Source: a virus (Duplodnaviria > Caudoviricetes). Taken from it: a stretch of DNA of 64,000 nucleotides. Location of the stretch: IMG/VR virus record IMGVR_UViG_3300020046_005360; one strand, written 5' to 3'. Of the stretch, positions 19,087-29,606 are shown piece by piece. Each line of letters starts with the position of its first letter. Positions within the stretch are counted from its first letter, which is position 1. Below the pieces are notes generated by a model. It was given only the letters and a program-made list of their open reading frames with translations. It had not been told where the DNA came from and ran no database searches. The position numbers and the translations under genes are program-made.

Positions 19087-19281
19087 TTAAAGAAAATAAT
19101 ATTTATTATGTAATTTTGAAGGTTTTATTTCTAGTGGAAAATGAGCAAAATATTCACCTTTTAAAGTAAATCCATCTAAATGTTTCCATCCTAAATTATG
19201 TAATCTTATTTCCATTTTTAATCCTTCTTCATTATTAATTAGAATAGGAAATTTAGGTGTATTTGGATTATTTACTTTCAT
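19087..19281 (-). CDS. MK(V/I)NNP-family hypothetical protein
   Basis: MKVNNPNTPKFPILI...LGW...FP. Confidence 0.7.
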   Translation of the reverse strand: MKVNNPNTPKFPILINNEEGLKMEIRLHNLGWKHLDGFTLKGEYFAHFPLEIKPSKLHNKYYFL

Positions 19282-19357
19282 AACTATTTATTTTTATTTG
19301 GGTAAATATACGAATATAGTATGGATAAGAAAAGACCCTCAACTGAGAGTCTTATAA

Positions 19358-19585
19358 TTATTTATCATCAAGTTTAATTATTGATTTGATTTTACCATCA
19401 TTTGTCATATGAATTTTATATATATGGAGAGTATCCATCACTAAATGATTCCATGAATCTAATCTATATATTTTAGCTTTCGGATATCGTGTTTGGAGAA
19501 ACATTATATCTTCTTCTACTGATGTAATAAATACACAACTACTTAATAATACTATTAATAACAGAGTAAATAATAACTTTTTCAT
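19358..19585 (-). CDS. putative lipoprotein
   Basis: MKK + hydrophobic stretch + lipobox LSSC. Confidence 0.65.
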   Translation of the reverse strand: MKKLLFTLLLIVLLSSCVFITSVEEDIMFLQTRYPKAKIYRLDSWNHLVMDTLHIYKIHMTNDGKIKSIIKLDDK

Positions 19586-19853
19586 AACTATTGTTTTAAT
19601 TGATTAATACATTCCTTCAATATACTGATTATTAGTTTTCTTGGGGTTTGTTTATTATGGAATTGATATTTATTTAATTCCACTAATTTTTCTATATCAT
19701 AACCAAATATGAATAATGTACTTTTTAATCCCCAATCAGTTATGTGTCTTTCGTATTGATTATCTTTAAATAATGTAAGTAAAAAATTGTCTGATTTTTT
19801 ATAAACCTCTAATAATTTACAATAGGCGATTAATCTTTTCTCTACTTTCATAA

Positions 19854-20048
19854 CTAATAAATTTCGTAATTAGGTTCTTGGTTAATTAATTCCAAATGAT
19901 CTAAATTGCAATTCCAACAATGTCTATCTTTTCCTCTATCTCCACCTGAGTGTCCATTAATATCTTCATCAAATTCTACTAATAGAACAGAATTAGTTAT
20001 ATTTAATATAGCCCCCAGTTTTCCCTGATATTTTATTTGGTATTTCAC
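19854..20048 (-). CDS. YEIY-tagged small protein (SH3-like, GHS...HCW)
   Basis: Ends QEPNYEIY*. Confidence 0.8.
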   Translation of the reverse strand: MKYQIKYQGKLGAILNITNSVLLVEFDEDINGHSGGDRGKDRHCWNCNLDHLELINQEPNYEIY

Positions 20049-20631
20049 CTAATTTTTACCAATAACTCTATCTCCTACTTTCATAACTTCTTATTTAGAG
20101 TACCAGATGCTTTTGCTCGGGATTTATACTGCCTAGTTCCACTAGGTATACTCTTACCGTCTGCTCCGCGATATTTAGTTTCCACTAATTCTGTTCTAAT
20201 TTCAGAGAACTTACAATCAGCTAATTTCCAACCAGCTTTTCTAACCATTTGTCCAATAGTTTCTTTAGTCGCTTGGATTTGGTTGTTTTTTGGTAATGTT
20301 GAATTGGTGATCTGTATATACATTTTTCCTTTATTTAAATTAATATGTCGTAAATATACGATTAAAACCTAGTTAATCCAATTCCTTATTTTTGATTCGC
20401 AAAATGTTTTTCAACACGTTCCGTAATATACTTTCTTTGTTTTAAAGTACAGTTACTTTTCTTAATCTTAATTAGCTCGTATTCAGCTATACAAGATTCG
20501 ATTGGAACAGATTCAACAACTCGTTCGGTTGGATTCATTCTACGTGCTGGAAACGCATCGTGTGGACCTGTTTCTTGTACTGTTGATTCCTTGTCAAAAT
20601 TTACGTATTCTTCTTTTGTTTCTTTCATAAT

Positions 20632-20913
20632 TTAATATATTTCGTAAGTTGGTTCAACGTTTTTGTTTAATACTAATCTGGAGAAGTCTGAGAATGATAT
20701 TATTTCAAAACCAATCATAGAATTGGATTCTTTACTCAAACATCCACCATTATATTTATCTCCTACCATTCTCATATAATAATCAAGAGCGTCTTGATTT
20801 GTCCAACTACTACAACCCTCTTCAATAGCTAATGGAGTTGCATAATCTGCAATAATTTTTGCTTCTTTATTGTTGGTGGCCTTTATAGCCCAATTTTCTG
20901 GTAGTTTTTCCAT
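20632..20913 (-). CDS. YEIY-tagged small protein (W(C/A)I...ISF..F family)
   Basis: Ends VEPTYEIY*; tandem paralog of 20916. Confidence 0.8.
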   Translation of the reverse strand: MEKLPENWAIKATNNKEAKIIADYATPLAIEEGCSSWTNQDALDYYMRMVGDKYNGGCLSKESNSMIGFEIISFSDFSRLVLNKNVEPTYEIY

Positions 20914-20915
20914 AA

Positions 20916-21200
20916 CTAGTAAATTTCGTATGTTGGTTCTGATTTAGGTTGTCTAAATGCTAGGTTTTCGAAGTCTTCAAATGATATTTGTGTATAACCA
21001 TCATTTATTGCCTTAAAAATACTTTTTCCTCCACCTTTGTATTTACCATTTTCTATTAGGAGTACATACTTTTTGGAATCTGATGTAGACCAACGAAAAC
21101 CATTATATATTCGATTTAATGGATCAGCATAATCAGCGATTAGTATAGCTTCGTGATTGTTTTCAGCTCTTATACACCATTTATTAGGTAATTGCTCCAT
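20916..21200 (-). CDS. YEIY-tagged small protein (W(C/A)I...ISF..F family)
   Basis: Ends SEPTYEIY*. Confidence 0.8.
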   Translation of the reverse strand: MEQLPNKWCIRAENNHEAILIADYADPLNRIYNGFRWSTSDSKKYVLLIENGKYKGGGKSIFKAINDGYTQISFEDFENLAFRQPKSEPTYEIY

Positions 21201-21499
21201 AACTAATTAATTTGATTTGTTGATGTGAAATATAAATCACTAATATATTTACTTGCTTCACTAGGTAATATTCCACCACCTTTTGATACGTATTTTTGTA
21301 ACCCTTTCATACTATGAGTGGAAGATATTTCATAAGTAATTTGATTTACTTTCATGAATACTTCTATAGGTATTTTAGCTGGATGTAATGTATAATACTT
21401 ATCTAAAGATTTGATTTCTTCCGCTAAAACAAATGCTTTTACATTGTCGAGTAATATATTATCTGATTTCATAACTTACTTATTTTATTTGGGTAAATA

Positions 21500-21996
21500 T
21501 ATGAAAGGGGATCGTTAAATCCCCTTCCTTTTTCCAATCCATTTCTAAGTGGAATATCCTTTCATTAGTTTCGGGTAATTCTTATAATTTGATACTATCT
21601 CCTTACAGTTTATTACTTACCTAGATTCCTGAGAATATCTTACAATAAATAACTCACTCTTAGCAGTGATATAATCCCTAGACCTTATCAAAATAAGGAA
21701 CCTTTATTTCAGTATTATTATTTATCTTCAGTTGGTATTTTACCTCATTTTAGCAAATCCAACGCTATCGTATATTTGCTTCTAGTTGGTATTAATTATA
21801 AATAAACCGCTACCACGCTAGCGAACAAAATTATATCTATACTCAATTATAAGTTTTAATACAATATAATTTTATTGAGGCTTAATCTCGTCAAGGTCGA
21901 ACTTAATCTTATTTATAATTTTTATCCCCTATACACCGATTACCTCTAGTGCTTAGTAGTTGCTATAACGCTCCATCTTTCAATGGAATAAGGAGG
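21500..21996 (-). ncRNA. candidate large structured ncRNA (~480 nt) of unknown family
   Basis: No ORF; many helices incl. long-range CTCCTTA/TAAGGAG; ends in GAAGGGGAT/ATCCCCTTTC terminator. Confidence 0.55.
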
Positions 21997-21997
21997 A

Positions 21998-22222
21998 TTA
22001 ATATATTTCGTATGTTGGTGAATTAGTTATGGGTTTCCAAACTGTACCTTCATTAAGATATCTTACTACAGTGGGTTTTGCCCAATCACCTCTCGATCCA
22101 TTAAGATTTTCAGATCTAGATATTTGAACATGATTTCTTTTATATGGATGTACTAATATGGTATGCTTTATATTAAAAATATAAAATTCTACTCCAATTA
22201 TGTTATCTTCAGTATATACCAT
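21998..22222 (-). CDS. YEIY-tagged small protein (MxYT.E..IG..F family)
   Basis: Ends NSPTYEIY*. Confidence 0.8.
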   Translation of the reverse strand: MVYTEDNIIGVEFYIFNIKHTILVHPYKRNHVQISRSENLNGSRGDWAKPTVVRYLNEGTVWKPITNSPTYEIY

Positions 22223-22233
22223 AATCTTATTAT

Positions 22234-22515
22234 TTAATATATTTCGTAATTACTTATAGTACCATCTTTAAGTTGGATATTACTAACCTTATTAAATCCT
22301 GGATCATCGGGATATTGACATTTCCAACCATACTTATAATTAAAACCTGATCTTTCGACTATTGACGCCCAACCACCACATCTTTGATCTTGGATTATAT
22401 AATAATTACCATCTAAATAATATATTTTGGCTGATGGGATCTCCCTATGTTCTATCTTACAAGATATTTCTTTACCTGATAAATCTGGAGTTAGTATTTT
22501 TAATTTCCATAACAT
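22234..22515 (-). CDS. YEIY-tagged small protein
   Basis: Ends ISNYEIY*. Confidence 0.8.
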   Translation of the reverse strand: MLWKLKILTPDLSGKEISCKIEHREIPSAKIYYLDGNYYIIQDQRCGGWASIVERSGFNYKYGWKCQYPDDPGFNKVSNIQLKDGTISNYEIY

Positions 22516-22584
22516 TCATTATTTATTTCGAACACCAAAAGCATCCCGAAGGATGCTTATGATTTTCTAATTTAATTCAATTTC

Positions 22585-23043
22585 TTACAATGCAGTTAAT
22601 GATCCTGCTAATTTTGCTAAGAAAATTGATTTTTGATCTTCTTGTGATAAGAACGTTCTTGCTTCTGATTGTAAAGCTTTCAATTTATCCAACTCATCTT
22701 TGTGAGTGATGATAGCAATTCTCAATTTGATATCATTTTTCCAATCTTCTACTGAACCACCATCCACTACGAATTCTGGATATGATTCTACTCCCAAATC
22801 TTCTGCTGATTTAGCATATGCATTTGCTCTACCAGAAACTGATGAAAATGCTTTAACTAAATTATCAATTTTGGTTTCTTTTGACAAATCTCCAAAACCG
22901 GCTAAATTCATTGTTGTTTTGAATTTACTTGTTTCGATTCCTTTGAATGATTTGATTTTTATTTCAATCGCATCCAAGATTGATGGAATTGTAAATTGAC
23001 CTTCTAATGCTAAACCTGTTTCTACTTTTGCAGCTGTACTCAT
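22585..23043 (-). CDS. hypothetical protein, probably highly expressed
   Basis: Three tandem promoters upstream, terminator 22539-22558 downstream. Confidence 0.75.
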   Translation of the reverse strand: MSTAAKVETGLALEGQFTIPSILDAIEIKIKSFKGIETSKFKTTMNLAGFGDLSKETKIDNLVKAFSSVSGRANAYAKSAEDLGVESYPEFVVDGGSVEDWKNDIKLRIAIITHKDELDKLKALQSEARTFLSQEDQKSIFLAKLAGSLTAL

Positions 23044-23099
23044 AATCTTTGTTTTTAATTTAATTGTTTGTTAATTATTGTTTTTATTAATTTTACTTT

Positions 23100-23330
23100 G
23101 TAAATATACGAATTTAAATTTTGGAATCCTAATTGTTTTACGAAAATCTTTATTTTCTTTTTAGGACTTTATGGATCAAAACTTACATTAATATATGAAC
23201 TTTAATACTTTGTAAATATACGATTCTAATTTTTGGAATCCAAATTTACTTTTAAGAAAAGTTTGAAATGTTTTTTATTTTAATACTTATCTTATTTTGT
23301 AAATATACGAATTCAAATTTTAATATCAAA
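23100..23330 (-). promoter_or_regulatory. three tandem Bacteroidota-type early promoters
   Basis: (T/A)TCGTATATTTAC at ~23100, ~23212, ~23299; the 23212 copy has TTTG 20 nt upstream. Confidence 0.8.
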
Positions 23331-23613
23331 ATGATTTATAAAAGCTTTTTAAAATAATATTTCGACTTACAGACCCATTGGTAATTGCGAAAACGGCAGT
23401 TTGTGTTTAATTTAAGTTACTCACTTCGGTGGTTATTATGTAATTAGGCATATAGTGTAACACTTTTATAAATCAAAATTTCAAATAACTTATTAAAATA
23501 TAGAAATTTAATGATAAGGCACCATAATCTGTCCTTCCTTCTCGGTATAAATTAATTACTAATCTATCTTTAAATTTCTATGTTGTAAATATACGAATTT
23601 TTATTTGGGAAAC

Positions 23614-23847
23614 CTAATAAATCTCGTAATTAGGTTCTTGAAGTATTAATTTTTCGGGTCGTTGTTCCTCTAATTCTAATTTTCCTTCCCACACAGCCCA
23701 TATATTTCCTCCTCTATCTGATATATAATTATCCCATTTTACTTCAGGAGATTGATGTAATTCCATCACAGTTCCTAATTCACCCTGTGGTACGTAGCTA
23801 CCAGTACTTATCATGCGTACTCGATCACCTATTTGAAATTTTGCCAT
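23614..23847 (-). CDS. YEIY-tagged small protein (KIGD/KOW-like); true start MAKFQIGDRV
   Basis: Ends QEPNYEIY*; track start overlaps the tRNA-like element. Confidence 0.8.
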   Translation of the reverse strand: MAKFQIGDRVRMISTGSYVPQGELGTVMELHQSPEVKWDNYISDRGGNIWAVWEGKLELEEQRPEKLILQEPNYEIY

Positions 23848-23859
23848 GATTATTTTATT

Positions 23860-23993
23860 TGGAGTTAAGATGGGACTCGAACCCACACTGTGTACCCGTC
23901 GTGACGCATTATCGCGGAGCAGTACTATTTCACTATACTTACTCTATTTTATACTCACTTGCGAGGCGTTCTACCAATTGGACAACTTAACTC
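23860..23993 (-). ncRNA. tRNA-like RNA (134 nt) with expanded central domain in place of an anticodon arm
   Basis: 8-bp acceptor GAGTTAAG/CTTAACTC, D loop AATTGGTA, T arm GTGGG-TTCGAGT-CCCAT. Confidence 0.65.
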
Positions 23994-23998
23994 ATTCA

Positions 23999-24274
23999 TT
24001 AATATATTTCGTATTGTGGTGTTTTATTCTCTATTAGATCAAGAATTTCTTGATATGGAATTATATTTTTACTTCCTGCTCTATGACCACAAACTCCCTC
24101 ATAACTATATCCAAAATATTCGTAATCAAAATATTTTTCTTCAATTCTTATTTCAGTAGTATAATACATTTTATTACCACTATCTTCCAAAAATTGACTT
24201 AATTTAATAAAATCTTTAAATAGTATTCCCTTGGTATCAATGTAATCATTTTCTCCTAATATATAATTTGCCAT
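23999..24274 (-). CDS. YEIY-tagged small protein
   Basis: Ends KTPQYEIY*. Confidence 0.8.
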   Translation of the reverse strand: MANYILGENDYIDTKGILFKDFIKLSQFLEDSGNKMYYTTEIRIEEKYFDYEYFGYSYEGVCGHRAGSKNIIPYQEILDLIENKTPQYEIY

Positions 24275-24459
24275 AACTATTCAGTTAATTGTTTTAATTT
24301 TTGCTCTGTTTCCTCTATTTTTTTAAATAGAAAGGCTAATACGTCAATTATACTCATGATACTCCAGCGTTAAGTTCTAATAAATAAAGTTCTATTTCTT
24401 CTTCGTTCATAAACCCAAATTCAGTCCAATATAAACCATCTAAATAAGGATAATCTAAT

Positions 24460-24699
24460 TTAGTAAATTTCATAAGTTGGTTCATTACTTATTAATACGT
24501 AATTATTTTCTCTAAAAGACCATCTATCAAAATGAAAATCATAATTACCATCACATCGGGAATTAAATTCTTCTGGGATAGGTTGACCTAGATATTTATT
24601 CATTTCTCTATCATCATTCCAACCTATTGGATATCCACCACTATGCCATCTTCCAATTTCCCTAAATTCTTCCTTTGTTCTAAATCTATACTTAATCAT
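24460..24699 (-). CDS. YEIY-tagged small protein (KYRF.T.EEF family)
   Basis: Ends NEPTYEIY*. Confidence 0.8.
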   Translation of the reverse strand: MIKYRFRTKEEFREIGRWHSGGYPIGWNDDREMNKYLGQPIPEEFNSRCDGNYDFHFDRWSFRENNYVLISNEPTYEIY

Positions 24700-24701
24700 A
24701 A

Positions 24702-24983
24702 CTAATAAATTTCGTATGTTGGTTCTTTGTTTAAATATTCTATTATATTGAAATAATCTTCTTTACTATATTCATCACGATAACCATATTGTCCATTATC
24801 ATATAATATTTCGGTTTTATCTCCACTTACTCCAGTGATAATTCCTTTATCACCTACGTTCGCAAAATATAAACCTAATTTTAATCCAAAACCATTCGAA
24901 GTTTTTCCACCACTAGTTGTTATTATTCTATCCCCAATTTTATATCCAAAACTTGATGGACTTATTTCTCCACTACCTTTCAT
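24702..24983 (-). CDS. YEIY-tagged small protein (KIGD/KOW-like)
   Basis: Ends KEPTYEIY*. Confidence 0.8.
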   Translation of the reverse strand: MKGSGEISPSSFGYKIGDRIITTSGGKTSNGFGLKLGLYFANVGDKGIITGVSGDKTEILYDNGQYGYRDEYSKEDYFNIIEYLNKEPTYEIY

Positions 24984-25396
24984 AATATGATTAATTGGTT
25001 TGAAACATATCCATCTCTAACACCTTTATGATTACCAATATAATATGCAGACCCTTTAGGAATAATACATTTTTTAATAACATATTCAGTTGTATGTTGG
25101 TCTCCAAAATGATTATATATATCTGGTTTTATTGATGAATGATATCCACACATAATATGTCTTTTAGTTGAATACCACTCTTCATATGTAATTTCGACTT
25201 TTGGTTGTGGTTTACCAACCAAATGTTTCGTAAGTCGATATGGAGATTTAACTACACCAGGAATATCACTTACTCGATATAATTTATAACAAACTATATC
25301 TCGTTTAGCAATAAGTGGTTTTATTTCTGGTTGAATACCGAATATTTTTTGGAAAATATTTCTAGGTAGTTCATTCTGGCGAATAGTCATACACAT
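24980..25396 (-). CDS. conserved phage hypothetical protein (AK.DI.CYK...GYHS...CIIPKGS.YY)
   Basis: Motif pattern recalled from Bacteroidota phages. Confidence 0.6.
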   Translation of the reverse strand: MCMTIRQNELPRNIFQKIFGIQPEIKPLIAKRDIVCYKLYRVSDIPGVVKSPYRLTKHLVGKPQPKVEITYEEWYSTKRHIMCGYHSSIKPDIYNHFGDQHTTEYVIKKCIIPKGSAYYIGNHKGVRDGYVSNQLIIL

Positions 25397-25878
25397 AACT
25401 TTATTTTTTTACATTAATTGATATTCTGTCTAAAATAGTGGATTTACGATCAAGAATAGTACTTTTTCTAACTTGCATTTCGTCTGAAATAATATCTATT
25501 ATTCTTTTGATAACTCTATTTCTTACATCTTCACAAACTTCAAGACTCACTATATCTTTAGTGTTTACTAATAACACTTTATTAGATGATATTATTAAAT
25601 CGTAGTGAGTTTTTTTATTTCCAACAATATATTCGTTAAGTTTTGAATCGTAAAACGCTTTTGAATTAGAGTTATTTATATGACTCATAATAATTCTATA
25701 ACCTTGGATATCAGACTCTGATACAGGTTTTCTCAATTTATTATTTGTAATATTTCTTAATCTGTTCCAATATCTTTTCATAACTATTTGATTTGTATTA
25801 TTAATTTATTTTGTAAATATACGAATATATTATATGTATAAAAATTCCCTGAAATAGTACTAATTTTATTTTAACATC

Positions 25879-26134
25879 CTAATAAATTTCGTATTTAGGT
25901 TCTACTTTTTGTCTAGATATAACTACTGCCCAAACGTTTCTCTCACCACAATATATTTGACATGAACCAAAGAATATATGAATATTCCCATAAAAATATG
26001 GATCATTTTTCTTTACGTATAGAAGATAGTTTTATTGTAACAGTATCAATATTACATCCAAATCCTTTTCTACTAATTTCATCACCAATAGAATAATTAT
26101 CCCTTGCGTACTGTAATTTTTCTTCGTCGTTCAT
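25879..26134 (-). pseudogene. frameshifted YEIY-tagged gene
   Basis: MNDEEKLQYARDNY... then shifted frame ...QKVEPKYEIY*; indel in A-run ~26031. Confidence 0.7.
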
Positions 26135-26410
26135 GTTAACTTATATAGATTAATTTTCCCTCTTTATCTTCAACTTTAGTTACTTCATATACTTTATCTA
26201 AGTAGTCTAATACTTCAATAGATTGAAGTGAAAACATCATTTGGAATGGATTCATAAATTGGTTTGCGGGAATTAATTCTCGTTGAATGGTTTGACCATT
26301 TTTAAACCAAGTTTGTGGAATATTTGGAAATTCTTGAACATAATATTCATAGAACCAATTTAAATCAAATTGGCCTGTACTTCTCATTTGGATGTATCTT
26401 TCTCTCATGG

Positions 26411-26650
26411 TTAGTAAATTTCGTAATTAGGTTCATCTGATATTAATTTAAGAGCTTTAACATATACTCCAACATGTCTTCCACTTTCCCAAGCAACGTT
26501 CCCCTGATTAGAAGTATCAGTAATTCTATGTACTATAAATTTGTACTCGGGACTATAACCCGCCCCACCATATTTTGGTCCTTTACCATTTGACTCTGAT
26601 TCGAAACCAGGGATGCAAATCACTTCATCACCAATTTTAAATTTACTCAT
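26411..26650 (-). CDS. YEIY-tagged small protein (KIGD/KOW-like)
   Basis: Ends DEPNYEIY*. Confidence 0.8.
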   Translation of the reverse strand: MSKFKIGDEVICIPGFESESNGKGPKYGGAGYSPEYKFIVHRITDTSNQGNVAWESGRHVGVYVKALKLISDEPNYEIY

Positions 26651-27764
26651 AACTATTTCGATCTATGTTAATAATTTTCGGGAACCTTAATGAACCATCA
26701 ACTGTATATTCAAAATATTTAACGGTAGCTTGTTTTCCTATCAATGTTTCTTTAATAGCAAATAATTCTTCTAAATATTGCATGGTTCCGTTTATAGTGC
26801 AGTCTACAGCAACGCCATCCACGTCTACTTTGAGTGTAGCGAGTTTACCTGCAAACTTGCCCAATCCCTCTGCATAACCTATGATCTTGAATTCTTCGTC
26901 CACAAACGTCTTATGTTTAATCAGCGATTTACTGCGCTTATTTTCATATAAAGAATTGGGAACACGGAGTATTTGGCCTTCAAAACCATCTGCGATATAT
27001 TCGGCTAATTTTGTGTGGATTTCTTCTTCGTAACCAATAGAATATGTAGGTGTTATAACTAATAATTTTGATTGTATTTCATCTAGTATATCTAATGTTT
27101 TTAACATCCTATCATAGAACCCATAATCATTGTTATCCCAATTAGGTAAATCGTATACCCAATAGTTAATATATTGTTTAGATATCTCTAAATCTTCTGT
27201 GGTTGGTTTGGTTTTACGAACACAAGATATAATAGTATTGAAATCTACATCTTTATTACTTGTGTATAACTCTCCATCTAATATTAAATCAGGATATTTA
27301 TCAAATATATGTTTAATACTATCGAATATATGGGGAGCAGATAATACTTCTTTACCTGTTCTAGACCACATTCCGTCTGATTTGATTATGCACCTCATAC
27401 CATCCAGTTTCGGTTGACTCAGAATTGGGTATGATATTGTTTTAATTTTATCAAAATCAGTAGCTAACATTGGAGCGTAGAATGTTTTCTTATCACAATC
27501 TTCAATATTCTCGTGATGACCTAAATCCTTACGTTTTTGCCACATCTGTGTTGCCTCGAATATAGCTTGTTGTTCAGGAGTAGTTTCATTCTTTTTACCA
27601 ATGTTTTTACCCACACAACGAGTTGGTTCATTTTGGAATTGCTTCATCCCTACAAAACCACTCGTACTATAATAACTATCTCCATCGATGGTTATATCCC
27701 ATTGATTGATGTTATTTTTTGAATTGCTTCGTTTATATAAAGTAGGTAATTTAATAGATTTCAT
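26643..27764 (-). CDS. lig: ATP-dependent DNA ligase
   Basis: PMLA, KLDGMR (motif I), LDGELY, EGQILR, KRS..LIKHK, SLRFP. Confidence 0.95.
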   Translation of the reverse strand: MKSIKLPTLYKRSNSKNNINQWDITIDGDSYYSTSGFVGMKQFQNEPTRCVGKNIGKKNETTPEQQAIFEATQMWQKRKDLGHHENIEDCDKKTFYAPMLATDFDKIKTISYPILSQPKLDGMRCIIKSDGMWSRTGKEVLSAPHIFDSIKHIFDKYPDLILDGELYTSNKDVDFNTIISCVRKTKPTTEDLEISKQYINYWVYDLPNWDNNDYGFYDRMLKTLDILDEIQSKLLVITPTYSIGYEEEIHTKLAEYIADGFEGQILRVPNSLYENKRSKSLIKHKTFVDEEFKIIGYAEGLGKFAGKLATLKVDVDGVAVDCTINGTMQYLEELFAIKETLIGKQATVKYFEYTVDGSLRFPKIINIDRNSYE

Positions 27765-28035
27765 ATTGTGGTGTTTCAGGATTATTAATTTCAGTTACAT
27801 CGAATGGTATACCTAACCTTTCATATTCGTTGATTTCGAATTGAGTTGCGTAACGCCAATTCTTTTTATTTTTATATTGTAAAGAATTATTACCGTTTTT
27901 TTTACTTCCTTTTATATCGGCGTATGGACTTATTGATTGGCTGTCTTGTCTTTGTTTAAAACAAAAATTTTCTCTAACACAATGACTTCCTTGAGTAGTA
28001 ATTAGACAAACTATATAATCGTCTTTTTTAAACAT
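27751..28035 (-). CDS. YEIY-tagged small protein (MFKKDDYIV...WRYAT family, paralog of 35336)
   Basis: Ends ETPQYEIY*. Confidence 0.8.
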   Translation of the reverse strand: MFKKDDYIVCLITTQGSHCVRENFCFKQRQDSQSISPYADIKGSKKNGNNSLQYKNKKNWRYATQFEINEYERLGIPFDVTEINNPETPQYEIY

Positions 28036-28045
28036 AACTTTTTAT

Positions 28046-28291
28046 TTAATAAATTTCGTAACTAGGTTCTTGATTGGTCATCTCTCTAAATTGTTCTATC
28101 GTAATTTCTTTAGCATCGTTATAAAAAGAATTACGGGGAGCTCCATGACATCCATTATGATATGAACACCCATCAAACCCTACACACTCTTGTCTCCAAA
28201 TTATAATACCTTTTACTTTATATTTTTCAGCTAAATATTCTCTAACTTCAGGATATTTATTTTCTATAAACCAATATTTATGTAATTCCAT
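28046..28291 (-). CDS. YEIY-tagged small protein
   Basis: Ends QEPSYEIY*. Confidence 0.8.
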   Translation of the reverse strand: MELHKYWFIENKYPEVREYLAEKYKVKGIIIWRQECVGFDGCSYHNGCHGAPRNSFYNDAKEITIEQFREMTNQEPSYEIY

Positions 28292-28346
28292 AACTTTATT
28301 ATTTTACTTTGTAAATATACGAATAAATTATAAGTGAATCTATTCC

Positions 28347-28590
28347 TTAATAAATTTCATAATTAGATTCAATATTTTGTCCTAATATATCTCTTTGAAA
28401 TTCTTCTAAAGTAAGTTCTTTCTTACCTACATGAGGTTTTGAAGTAGAATAACATAAATATGTTCCATCCTAATAACCATCCTTTAAATTGAAAATCTTT
28501 TACAGTTATTTTTGAAACTAAAGTTTTCCAATATGGAAGTAAAATATGCTTATTTTCTTTTGTGATTCTTATACACCATTTACTTTCCAT
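28347..28590 (-). pseudogene. frameshifted YEIY-tagged gene (WCI family)
   Basis: MESKWCIRITKEN... then shifted frame ...ELTLEEFQRDILGQNIESNYEIY*. Confidence 0.7.
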
Positions 28591-28837
28591 CTATCCATTT
28601 ATTAAATTTAAGTACTAATAATATAACTCCAATTACTATTCCAAGAAATGAAATATATAATGGTTTCCATATTTGAGTTGTTCTCCTATTAAATGATCCT
28701 ATTTCCATTAAAAGAAATATAGAAGGTATAAGTAATAAGAATAAACTAAATATCCATTCTCCATGATATATTAACCATACATTAAGTATTATTAATAATA
28801 GGGAGTAAAATTTTTCACTATTCTTCATGTATTTCAA
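28580..28837 (-). CDS. small membrane protein
   Basis: Two to three hydrophobic segments. Confidence 0.6.
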   Translation of the reverse strand: MKYMKNSEKFYSLLLIILNVWLIYHGEWIFSLFLLLIPSIFLLMEIGSFNRRTTQIWKPLYISFLGIVIGVILLVLKFNKWIDGK

Positions 28838-29093
28838 CTTTATATACTGAATTTTTAGTGTTTAACATCATAGTTTTTTCATCAAATGATACTACTGGGG
28901 AAGTCCAACAAGTTCCATAACCAAATCCTGCTTGCATAAATAGTTGTTCTCCAACCTTTGGTTCATCAACACATATTCCTTGAATAGCTGTGTTACCAAC
29001 ATTAATCCCGTTTGGATGATTTCCATCAAATTTTAAATCTTCTAACTTAGTTAGTTTTATATATTTACCTTTCATAACTTATATATTTAATTG

Positions 29094-29606
29094 TTAATAA
29101 ATTTCGTAAGTTGGTTCACCACCTTGGATTAATTGTTCGAATTGTTTGTATGTCATTGGGTTAGTAACTTGTTTCCGACTACTAGTTACCCATTTACCTT
29201 TTGCGTTGAAACGGAAGTTATTTTGGAATTGATTAGCTCCCGGATAATGGTAATGGGGATTTGAACTATATTCTGAATGAGATGGATATTTATGTTTTTT
29301 TAGTAACTTATATATTTTCTCTCTTTCTTCAACTGTTGCTGTTAGGTGAGTTACACCATCCCCTTCTTTAAATTGATATTTCATATTTGATATTTCGTGA
29401 TTAGGTTCTATATTATTTATTGGAGTAAGTAATGTTACCGTTTTTCCAACTCTGTCGTTAATCCATTTAGTGTTATATCCATTGTATTTATATCCACTTT
29501 TATATGTAAAGATTAAATGATCTCCATTACCTCCAGAAGATATAGTATATTCACTAGTTCCTATTAAAAATTTAACTCCTAATAGTTGTTCTTTAGTATA
29601 TTTCAT
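29094..29606 (-). CDS. YEIY-tagged protein, in-frame fusion of two modules
   Basis: Internal EPNHEISN-MKYQ; ends GEPTYEIY*. Confidence 0.8.
   Translation of the reverse strand: MKYTKEQLLGVKFLIGTSEYTISSGGNGDHLIFTYKSGYKYNGYNTKWINDRVGKTVTLLTPINNIEPNHEISNMKYQFKEGDGVTHLTATVEEREKIYKLLKKHKYPSHSEYSSNPHYHYPGANQFQNNFRFNAKGKWVTSSRKQVTNPMTYKQFEQLIQGGEPTYEIY

Noticed and set aside
21500-21996. RNase P RNA or SRP RNA
   Set aside because: Signature motifs (GAGGAAAGTCC; SRP domain IV) not found by eye.
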